Origin: Actinomycetes bacterium
GTDB lineage: Bacteria; Actinomycetota; Acidimicrobiia; Acidimicrobiales; RAAP-2
Direction of reading: 5' to 3'
DNA length: 64,000 nucleotides
Assembly (NCBI GenBank): GCA_021793515.1
Contig: JAJYSP010000001.1
Location: forward strand, 10,533 to 74,532
Part shown: one piece after another, positions 56,947 through 64,000 of the stretch
How positions within the stretch are numbered: position 1 is the first letter of the stretch
How the letters are laid out: every line of letters begins with the position of its first letter
Made by a program: the position numbers and the translations under genes
The notes under the pieces: generated by a model
Told to the model about the DNA's origin: nothing
Database searches by the model: none
The model's input: the letters and a program-made list of their open reading frames with translations, nothing else

Positions 56947-56986
56947 ATCGAAGGAGTCGTGAAGGCGAGATGGAGACACTGTGGAG
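56947..56986 (-). promoter_or_regulatory. Four 11-bp-period OmpR-type half sites
   Basis: Minus strand CTCCACA, CTCCATC, CTTCACG, CTTCGAT at exact 11-bp spacing upstream of the SHOCT-RR-HK unit. Confidence 0.55.
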
Positions 56987-57146
56987 ATACCAGAACCTCA
57001 ACGAATCTCCAGTGAGCGGCTGCGTGACGAGCCACACCATCGGGGTCAATCGGGCAGGACGAGCCGTCACAACATCTTCAGACCACGAACACGAGTTCTT
57101 CGCAACGTCGCGTGAAACTGACGCCATGCGATTGAAGGGACGAGAC

Positions 57147-57389
57147 GTGGTGCGCAGCGAGACGACGATTTACGTGCTGGTGATCGCGGCGTCGCTCGGT
57201 GCCATGATCGCGATGCATCGTGGCCGCCAGACCCACGCCGGTTGCACGGGCTGCTGTCACGGCGCTGGACCAGCGGATCGATCAGCCACCGACGACCCGC
57301 CGCCGAACGGGGCACCCACCGACGAGCCGACCTCACTCGAGCGACACCACGCGGACCGGCGCGGCGTGGGCCGCTTCCGGGACCGTTGA
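57147..57389 (+). CDS. Small one-TM protein with HAGCTGCCHG motif
   Basis: GAAGGGA SD, hydrophobic IYVLVIAASLGAMIAM, Cys/His cluster. Confidence 0.5.
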   Translation: MVRSETTIYVLVIAASLGAMIAMHRGRQTHAGCTGCCHGAGPADRSATDDPPPNGAPTDEPTSLERHHADRRGVGRFRDR

Positions 57390-57493
57390 GGCTCACCGCG
57401 TCGCGCGGGCTCTACGAGCGCGACCTGAGAAGTCGACGGTTCGCCGAGACGTCACGGTCGTGGGCCACACCGTTCACGACGCAAGCGCACCGG

Positions 57494-58531
57494 GTGCTCC
57501 GCATCGTCGCGATCGCCACACTCAGCCTCGCGTCGACGCTCAGTGCCGGCTCGGGCGCCGGGGGCGCGTCGATCACGGGTGATCGCGCGGCCGCTGCACG
57601 CTTGTACGCGCAGATTCAGTCGATCAGTGACCGGATGGATGCGGCGAGTCAGCACTACGACCTCGCCCAGATCAATCTGCGCCGAGTCGAACACGCGATC
57701 ACGACGACGAGGGTTATCGCTTCTTCCATCAATCGCCAGCTGACGAGTGACCGCGAGACACTGCGGACCGATGTCGTCTACGCCTACGTCACCGGCGACA
57801 ATCTCGGCACCAACACACCCCAGTTCCTCTCGAGTCCGGCCGACGACGGATCGCGCGGGGTCTATCTGCACTACGTCGAAAGTCGGATCTCGACTGCGAT
57901 GGTGACGCTGCGCGACACTCGTGCGCGTCTGAGCACGCAGCACCACATCCTCGCCACCGAGGTTCGTCGTGCGGCCGCGGCGACGGCCGCCGCTCGGCGT
58001 GCCGTTGCGGACGCTCGCGGGCTACTCGGCACGCTGCACGAGGCGTTGAGCCAGGTGACGAGCGACATCGCCACCTACATTCGCGAGCAGCAGGCTGCGG
58101 CGGCCGCGGCGGCGACGCGCACCCTCCAGTCGGCCAAGCCCATCGCTGGCTCTCGCGCCGTTCCCGTCGACGATCGAGCGAGCGTCGCCATCCGCGCCGC
58201 GTTCAGCCTGCTCGGTGTCCCCTACGTGTGGGGTGGCGCGTCGCGTCGAGGCGTCGACTGCTCAGGTCTCATACTGCTCGCCTACGCGGCCGCGGGTATA
58301 TTCCTGCCGCACTACTCGGGTTTCCAGTTCGCCGCGACCCAGCGGGTGCCACTCTTTGACCTTCGCCCCGGCGACATCCTCTTCTACGGCAAGAACGGCG
58401 ATGACCACGAGACGCTCTACATCGGCAACGGCAAGGTGATCCAGGCCGAGCGGACGGGAACGGTCGTCCAGATCACGCCAATCTGGTTCGGGCCTGACTT
58501 CGCGGGCATCGGCCGACCGATCGCACGATGA
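57494..58531 (+). CDS. Secreted coiled-coil + NlpC/P60 endopeptidase (start approximate)
   Basis: Signal-like N-terminus, long coiled coil, LLGVPYVWGGASRRGVDCSGL, HETLYIGNG. Confidence 0.85.
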   Translation: MLRIVAIATLSLASTLSAGSGAGGASITGDRAAAARLYAQIQSISDRMDAASQHYDLAQINLRRVEHAITTTRVIASSINRQLTSDRETLRTDVVYAYVTGDNLGTNTPQFLSSPADDGSRGVYLHYVESRISTAMVTLRDTRARLSTQHHILATEVRRAAAATAAARRAVADARGLLGTLHEALSQVTSDIATYIREQQAAAAAAATRTLQSAKPIAGSRAVPVDDRASVAIRAAFSLLGVPYVWGGASRRGVDCSGLILLAYAAAGIFLPHYSGFQFAATQRVPLFDLRPGDILFYGKNGDDHETLYIGNGKVIQAERTGTVVQITPIWFGPDFAGIGRPIAR

Positions 58532-58627
58532 CCTCAATCGTGCGACGGGACCGGGTCACGGGTCACTGCTGACCAACGGCGATCGCTCCCACGAACGCCG
58601 GTGACCAGCACGCATCGGTCGGATCCC

Positions 58628-59056
58628 TCACGACGCGACCAGCCTGAAGCGTTCCAGGACGACCGGCGTCGCGTCGTCAAGGGCTCCGAGGCGCTCGCCC
58701 AGTTCGGCGCGCACGTCCTCAGCGCGCCAGAAGGCCTCGTGCGCCTCGCGCCACGCCGCCACGGACGTGTAGCCCTCGCCCTCGTCGATGCAGTGCGCGA
58801 GGTCAACCGCCCCGAGCGCCACGACGGCGACGTCGGTCACCTCGATCACCGCAACGCGCCGGCCAGCCGAGTCCACGACGGCGAAGCGTTGCCCCGGCTC
58901 GGGCATCGGCTCGCCGAGTTCGTACTCCGCGGCGAGACTCGTCGTTGACACCTTGTCACTGCGCAGGATCGCGTCGACCAGCCGGTCGCGCAGCGGCCCG
59001 GGGAAGGCGAACTCCGCAACGGGGAGCCGTGCCGCATCAGCCGAGTCTTCCTCCAC
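58628..59056 (-). CDS. ASCH-domain protein (start re-called at GTG 59056)
   Basis: FAFPGPLRDRLVDAIL..KVSTTS, EGEGYTSVAAWREAH..FW. Confidence 0.85.
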   Translation of the reverse strand: MEEDSADAARLPVAEFAFPGPLRDRLVDAILRSDKVSTTSLAAEYELGEPMPEPGQRFAVVDSAGRRVAVIEVTDVAVVALGAVDLAHCIDEGEGYTSVAAWREAHEAFWRAEDVRAELGERLGALDDATPVVLERFRLVAS

Positions 59057-59087
59057 CCGCGTAGCGTACGGCACCGAGGTCGGCCCC

Positions 59088-59942
59088 TCAGACTTCGAAG
59101 AGCGCCCGGTGGATCTCGCGCGTGGCCGTCGAGCGATTGAGCGTGTAGAAGTGCAGTCCCGGTGCGCCGCGCGTGAGCAGCTCCCTGGACAACGCGGTGG
59201 CGGCCTCGATCCCGGCCGCGCGCACGGCGGTCGACCCCCCGGCCTCGTGCGCGGCGTTGAGACGGTCAACCAACTCGTCGGGCACGGCCGCGCCCATCAG
59301 GGACATCCGCTTGACGCTGCTGAGCGTCGTCACGGGCATGATGCCCGGCAGGACCGGTTTGTGCACACCGAGATCGGCCAGCTCCTCGACAAGTCGGCTC
59401 CACTCGTCGGCTCGAAAGAAGAACTGCGTCACGGCGAAGTCCGCGAGGGCGAGCTTCTCGGCGAGGTGGCGCCGGTCGTCGGTGCGGTTCGCCGACCGGG
59501 GATGGCCCAGGGGGTGGGCCGCCACACCGACCGCGAAGTCACCGACCTCGCGCGCGAGCTCGACGAGGTCGATCGCGTGGGCGAAGTCACTCGACACGTT
59601 CGAGCCATCGTCGGGCACGTCACCGCCGAGGGCCATCACGTTCTCTACTCCGGCCGCGGCGTAACGGGCGAGCACGTCGGCCATCGCGGCGCGTGTGTGG
59701 CCGACACAGATCAGGTGGGCCATCGCGGTCATGGCCCCGTCGTGCTGGATCCGCGTGACGAGGTCGAAGGTGCGCTGGCGAGACTCGGTCCCGCCCCGGT
59801 AGGTCACCGAGACGAACGACGGCGACAGGGGCACCAGGTCGGCCAGCGTCGTGTCGAGCACGCGGGCCTCATCGTCGGACTTGGGCGGGAAGAACTCGAA
59901 CGACCGGGTGAGCCCGGCCGCCAACAGCGTGTCGATGCGCAC
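59088..59942 (-). CDS. metF: 5,10-methylenetetrahydrofolate reductase
   Basis: SFEFFPPK, FVSVTY, AHLIC, ALGGD, TQFFF, PGIMP, GLHFYTLN. Confidence 0.95.
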   Translation of the reverse strand: MRIDTLLAAGLTRSFEFFPPKSDDEARVLDTTLADLVPLSPSFVSVTYRGGTESRQRTFDLVTRIQHDGAMTAMAHLICVGHTRAAMADVLARYAAAGVENVMALGGDVPDDGSNVSSDFAHAIDLVELAREVGDFAVGVAAHPLGHPRSANRTDDRRHLAEKLALADFAVTQFFFRADEWSRLVEELADLGVHKPVLPGIMPVTTLSSVKRMSLMGAAVPDELVDRLNAAHEAGGSTAVRAAGIEAATALSRELLTRGAPGLHFYTLNRSTATREIHRALFEV

Positions 59943-59945
59943 GGA

Positions 59946-60311
59946 CTAGGCGCGACCGAAATCGTCTTGGAGCCGCACGATGTCGTCCTCACCGAAGTAC
60001 GTGCCGCGCTGGATCTCGATGAAGATGACCGGTGAGTCGCCGCGGTTCTCGCAGCGGTGCGCCTGTCCGAGCGCCACGTCCACCGAGTCGCCGAGAGCGA
60101 CCTCGCGCTCGACGCCGTCGAGCACCACCGTCGCGTGTCCGGCGAGGAAGTACCAGTGCTCGGCCCGACGCGCGTGGGTCTGGTAGCTGAGGCGCTTACC
60201 GGGCATGACCACGATGCGCTTCACCTTGTAATCGAAAGAGGAGTCGTCGAGCACCGTGTAGTTGCCCCACGGCCGCTCGTCGTATTCACGACCGAGTTCG
60301 TCCATTGTCAT
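59946..60311 (-). CDS. Stand-alone cupin, mannose-6-phosphate isomerase type II C-terminal domain
   Basis: RPWGNY, KVKRIVVMPGKRLSYQTH..RAEHW, EIQRGTYFGEDDIVRLQDDFGR. Confidence 0.88.
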   Translation of the reverse strand: MTMDELGREYDERPWGNYTVLDDSSFDYKVKRIVVMPGKRLSYQTHARRAEHWYFLAGHATVVLDGVEREVALGDSVDVALGQAHRCENRGDSPVIFIEIQRGTYFGEDDIVRLQDDFGRA

Positions 60312-61162
60312 CGCACTTTCTGCGCCGCGAGTACGGCGTTGCGAACCAGCATGGCACGAGTCATCGGTCCAACGCCACCGATGCGCGGTGTGATCCATCC
60401 GGCCACGTCCGCGACACTTTCCTCAACGTCACTCAGGAGCTTCGTACCCGACCAACTCGTGCCCGCCCCGACCACCGCCGCACCGGGCTTGACCATGTCA
60501 GGCGTGACCAGTCCGGCCCGTCCGGCGGCGGCCACGATGACGTCGCCGGTGCGCGTGATCGCCCCGAGGTCGGCCACCCCGGTGTGCACGACCGTCACGG
60601 CGGCGTTGCAGCCCGGGCGCTTGAGCGCGAGTAGCAGCGCGAGGGGGCGCCCGATGGTGAGGCCCCGTCCGATCACCACGACGTGTTTGCCCTCGACGGG
60701 CACGTGGTAGTCCGCGAGCAGTTCGACGATGCCCGCAGGCGTGCAGGGTAGCGGACCCGGCGCGCCCATCACGAGGCGCCCGAGGTTGGTGGGGTGCAAG
60801 CCGTCGACGTCCTTCGCGGGGTCGACGCGCAAGAGCACCTCTTCCTCGTTGATGCCCTCGGGCAGGGGTAGCTGGACGAGGATCGAGTGGATCCGCTCGT
60901 CGGCGTTCATCCGGTCCACGACGGCCTCGATCTCGCCCTGAGTGGCGCTCGCGGGCAGGTGTTCGTGGAACGAGACGATGCCCACTTCCTCGCAGTCGGC
61001 GTGCTTCATCGCGACGTACTTCGCGCTCGGTCCGTCGTCACCGACGAGAATCGTGCCGAGTCCGACCGGCCGGCCCTCGGCGGCGAGCCGCCCGGCGCGG
61101 TCGGCCAGCTCCATCTTGATGCGGTTGGCGACCCGTTGTCCGTCGAGCAGGGTGGCAGTCAT
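60308..61162 (-). CDS. folD: Bifunctional methylene-THF dehydrogenase/cyclohydrolase
   Basis: YVAMK..C, VQLPLP, KDVDGLHP, PCTPAG, PRIGGVGPMT. Confidence 0.97.
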   Translation of the reverse strand: MTATLLDGQRVANRIKMELADRAGRLAAEGRPVGLGTILVGDDGPSAKYVAMKHADCEEVGIVSFHEHLPASATQGEIEAVVDRMNADERIHSILVQLPLPEGINEEEVLLRVDPAKDVDGLHPTNLGRLVMGAPGPLPCTPAGIVELLADYHVPVEGKHVVVIGRGLTIGRPLALLLALKRPGCNAAVTVVHTGVADLGAITRTGDVIVAAAGRAGLVTPDMVKPGAAVVGAGTSWSGTKLLSDVEESVADVAGWITPRIGGVGPMTRAMLVRNAVLAAQKVR

Positions 61163-61169
61163 GGCTCTC

Positions 61170-62711
61170 CTAGTGTCGGAAGTGTCGTTCGCCGGTCATG
61201 AGCATCACGATCCCGGCCCGATTGGCGGCCTCGATGACTTCGCCGTCACGCACCGAACCACCGGGCTGGACGATCGCGGTCACGCCGGCGTTTGTCAGGG
61301 ACTCGAGGCCGTCGGCGAAGGGGAAGAAGGCGTCCGAAGCGGCCGCCGCGCCCACCGCGAGGGGGCCCGCCTTGGTCGTGGCGACCCCGGCCGCGACGAC
61401 GCGGGACTGCTGACCCGCGCCCACGCCGACCGCGACCCCGTCTCGCGCGATGACGATGGCGTTCGAGGTCGTGCGCGCACAGACCCGCCACGCCACCGCG
61501 AGGTCGACGAGCTGGGCGGGCGTCGGTTGGGCCTCGGTCACACAGCGCCACGTCGAGGGAGCCGCGAGCAGCTCGTCGGCGTCCTGGACGAGCGCGGTGT
61601 TCCCAAAGGTCCGTATCGAGCGCGAGAGCGGCTCGGGCGAGGGGCCGCTCAGCAGACGGGTCGCCTTTCGACGCGCGCGCAACCGTTCGACGGCCGCGTC
61701 ACTGAAGGACCGCGCGATGATGACATCGGCCTGGGGGCCCGCGGCAATCACCTCAGCGAGCTGCTCGTCGAGCTCACCGCCGACGGCCACCACCCCACCG
61801 AAGGCGCTCTGGGGGTCGGCCGCCAACGCGGCGCTGAAGGCCTCGACGAGGGTGGCCCCGAGTGCGGCGCCCGAGGCGTTCGCGTGCTTGATGATCGCCA
61901 CGGCGGCCCGTCCGGGCGCGTCGGCGGCGAGTTCGTGCACGAGGCGCCACGCGGCGTCGGCGTCAAAGAGGTTGAGGTACGACAGGGGCGAGCCGGCGTG
62001 CTGGTGCACGTGGTCCCACCACGGGTCGCCCCCGGCGATCCGGTAGCGGGCCCCGACCTGGTGGGGGTTCTCGCCGTAGCGCAGGGTCTCGACGCGCTCG
62101 AGGCTGAGGTGGATCGACTCGGGCAACGCGGCGTCGAGCGCGCTCGGCGCCTCGCCGATCGACCCGCCGGCGTCGAACCACGCGACGATGGCCGCGTCGT
62201 AGGCCGCGGTGTGCGCGAAGGCGGCGCGCGCCAGGCGGTGGCGCGTCTCGTCACAGAGAGTCCCGGCCGCGCTGAGCTCGGCCAGCACGGCCTCGTACTG
62301 CGCAGGGTTGGTCACCACACCCACGTGGGCGTGGTTCTTCGCCGCGGCGCGCACCATCGTCGGGCCGCCCACGTCGATCAGCTCGACCGACGGGTTTGAC
62401 GAGAAGGGGTAGAGGTTGCACACCACGAGGTCGATCGGGGTGATCTGGTGGGTGGCGAGCGCCTCGAGGTGCTCGGGCACGTCGCGGTCGGCGAGGATGC
62501 CCCCGTGGATCATCGGGTGCAGGGTCTTCACACGGCCACCGAGCATCTCGGGGAAGTCCGTGACCGCCTCGACGTCCACGTGGGCGACGTTCGCCTCCTC
62601 CAGGGCCGTCGCGGTGCCGCCCGAGGCGACCAGCTCGAAGCCGAGCCCGACGAGCCCTTGGGCGAACTCGACCAGACCGGTCTTGTCCCACACGCTCAGT
62701 AATGCCCGCAT
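61170..62711 (-). CDS. purH: AICAR transformylase/IMP cyclohydrolase
   Basis: ALLSVWDKTG, GRVKTLHP, IDVGGPTMVRAAAKN, LRYGENPHQ, ASDAFFPF, QPGGS, TGERHFRH. Confidence 0.98.
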   Translation of the reverse strand: MRALLSVWDKTGLVEFAQGLVGLGFELVASGGTATALEEANVAHVDVEAVTDFPEMLGGRVKTLHPMIHGGILADRDVPEHLEALATHQITPIDLVVCNLYPFSSNPSVELIDVGGPTMVRAAAKNHAHVGVVTNPAQYEAVLAELSAAGTLCDETRHRLARAAFAHTAAYDAAIVAWFDAGGSIGEAPSALDAALPESIHLSLERVETLRYGENPHQVGARYRIAGGDPWWDHVHQHAGSPLSYLNLFDADAAWRLVHELAADAPGRAAVAIIKHANASGAALGATLVEAFSAALAADPQSAFGGVVAVGGELDEQLAEVIAAGPQADVIIARSFSDAAVERLRARRKATRLLSGPSPEPLSRSIRTFGNTALVQDADELLAAPSTWRCVTEAQPTPAQLVDLAVAWRVCARTTSNAIVIARDGVAVGVGAGQQSRVVAAGVATTKAGPLAVGAAAASDAFFPFADGLESLTNAGVTAIVQPGGSVRDGEVIEAANRAGIVMLMTGERHFRH

Positions 62712-63332
62712 CTACTCATCTCCCATCTCGGTAACGATCGACGCCGGCTCGCGGCCCTCGGCGAGCGCGCGCATCACGCGCGCCACGACGTCGGGGTAGA
62801 GCACGCGCTCGACGGTCTTGATCCGTTCGTGCAGATCGTGTTCAGTGTCCCCGTCGAGCACCGGCACACGGCGCTGGGCGAGGATCGGCCCGTCATCGAG
62901 CGCCTCGGTGGCCACGTGGACGGTGCAGCCCGATTCAGGCACCCCGGCGGCGAGCGCCGCCGCGACGGCGTGCCAGCCCTTGAAGTCGGGCAGCAAGCTC
63001 GGGTGGGTGTTGAGCACCCGCCCCGGCAGCGCCTCGTGGAATGCCCGCGTCGTCACGGTGCCGAACCCGGCCATCGCGACGAGGTCGATGCGGTGCGACG
63101 CGAGCAGGGTCGCCAGGTCCCGGCTGTAGGCGTCGCGGTCGAAGGCCGGCGTGAAGCCGCCGTAGAGGGCGCGGTCGAGCAGCAGGGCGTCGATCCCGTG
63201 GTCGTCGGCGACCTCGAGGGCCCGGCACGGTCGGTCCGCGACCACGAGGGCGACCTCGAGTCCCGCGGCGAACATCGCCTCGAGGATCGTGCCCGAACCG
63301 GACACCAGGACGCAGAGTCGGACGTCGGCCAA
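62712..63332 (-). CDS. purN: Phosphoribosylglycinamide formyltransferase
   Basis: VLVSGSGT, LNTHPSLLP, GCTVHV..LDDGPIL. Confidence 0.97.
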   Translation of the reverse strand: MADVRLCVLVSGSGTILEAMFAAGLEVALVVADRPCRALEVADDHGIDALLLDRALYGGFTPAFDRDAYSRDLATLLASHRIDLVAMAGFGTVTTRAFHEALPGRVLNTHPSLLPDFKGWHAVAAALAAGVPESGCTVHVATEALDDGPILAQRRVPVLDGDTEHDLHERIKTVERVLYPDVVARVMRALAEGREPASIVTEMGDE

Positions 63333-63335
63333 CGT

Positions 63336-64000
63336 CTAGAGCGCCCGGACGATCTCGACCATCTTCTCTCCGGCCTCGGTCGGATTCAGACAGACGTGGA
63401 CGCCGGCTTCGCTCAGTGCCGCCATCTTGGCCTGGGCCGTGCCCTTGGAGCCCGAGATGATGGCGCCCGCGTGGCCCATCTTGCGACCGGCCGGTGCGGT
63501 GACCCCGGCGACGTAGGCGACGACCGGCTTGGTCATGTGCGCCTTGATCCACTCGGCGGCGCGCTCCTCCTCGGAGCCACCGATCTCACCGATCATCATG
63601 ACGGCCTTGGTTTCGGGGTCGGCCTCGAAGGCGGCCAGGCAGTCGATGAAGTTCGTGCCCGGCACCGGGTCCCCGCCGATGCCCACGCAGGTCGTCTGAC
63701 CGATCCCCTGCTGACTGAGCTCGTGGAGCGCCTGGTAGGTGAGGGTGCCCGAACGCGAGACGATGCCCACGGGCCCACCGGCGAGGGCGATGTCGCCCGA
63801 AGTGATGCCGATGTTGCACTTGCCGGGGCTGATGATGCCCGGGCAGTTCGGCCCGAGCAGGCGCACACCGGGGAACTCCTCGACCAACCGGTTGTACACG
63901 CGGGCCTCGTCGTGGGCGGGAATGCCCTCGGTGATGCTCACGATGAACGTGATGCCGCCCTGGGCGGCCTCGATGATGGCGTCGGCCGCGAACTTCGGCG
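63336..64000 (-). CDS. sucD: Succinyl-CoA ligase alpha subunit (5' part outside window)
   Basis: [35 protein letters not shown]; frame open to the window edge ([12 protein letters not shown]). Confidence 0.97.
   Translation of the reverse strand, partial: PKFAADAIIEAAQGGITFIVSITEGIPAHDEARVYNRLVEEFPGVRLLGPNCPGIISPGKCNIGITSGDIALAGGPVGIVSRSGTLTYQALHELSQQGIGQTTCVGIGGDPVPGTNFIDCLAAFEADPETKAVMMIGEIGGSEEERAAEWIKAHMTKPVVAYVAGVTAPAGRKMGHAGAIISGSKGTAQAKMAALSEAGVHVCLNPTEAGEKMVEIVRAL

Noticed and set aside
45176-58627. Metal island as an integrative mobile element
   Set aside because: No integrase, transposase, tRNA target or flanking direct repeat visible; only suggestive composition.
58788-62399. Long plus-strand ORFs 58788-60035 and 60942-62399
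   Set aside because: Antisense shadows of metF, folD and purH.

Overview
High-GC actinobacterial DNA, most likely class Acidimicrobiia and probably an acidophile (inferred from gene content and protein composition, not from a database match). Five blocks. (1) 1-31.1 kb: a large minus-strand flagellar cluster (flhF fragment, flhAB, fliRQPONM, motBA, flbD, flgED, fliK, NlpC/P60, fliJIHGFE, flgCB, fliT-like, fliS, fliD, fliC). It carries two giant multidomain glycosyltransferases and, divergently at its edge, an RsiG-like anti-sigma candidate with degenerate c-di-GMP motifs. One sigma28-like promoter variant (CTCAA-N15-GWCCGTWA) recurs four times, before both early and late genes. The exported axial proteins are almost devoid of Arg/Lys (flagellin: 0 Arg, 1 Lys in 278 aa). 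(2) 31.5-36.1 kb: Sdh1-type sdhCAB plus SCP2 and nucleoside phosphorylase genes. (3) 36.3-40.9 kb: a c-di-GMP module of an HD-GYP phosphodiesterase, a GGDEF cyclase fused to an IsdG/HmoA-like ABM domain, and a translationally coupled B12-binding protein with an extra helical domain (photocobilin-like). This is the best candidate for a new system: a cyclase that may make the bilin for its own photoreceptor partner. (4) 41.2-45.2 kb: Tat-exported flavoprotein, mdh, icd. (5) 45.4-58.5 kb: a copper/redox island (CsoR and operators, permease-YHS fusion, CcdA/redoxin/glutaredoxin, two two-component systems with 11-bp-period boxes), then ASCH, metF, cupin, folD, purH, purN and partial sucD. No rRNA, tRNA, CRISPR array, integrase or transposase was found. 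Family assignments come from motifs read by eye and from recalled reference sequences; no searches were run.
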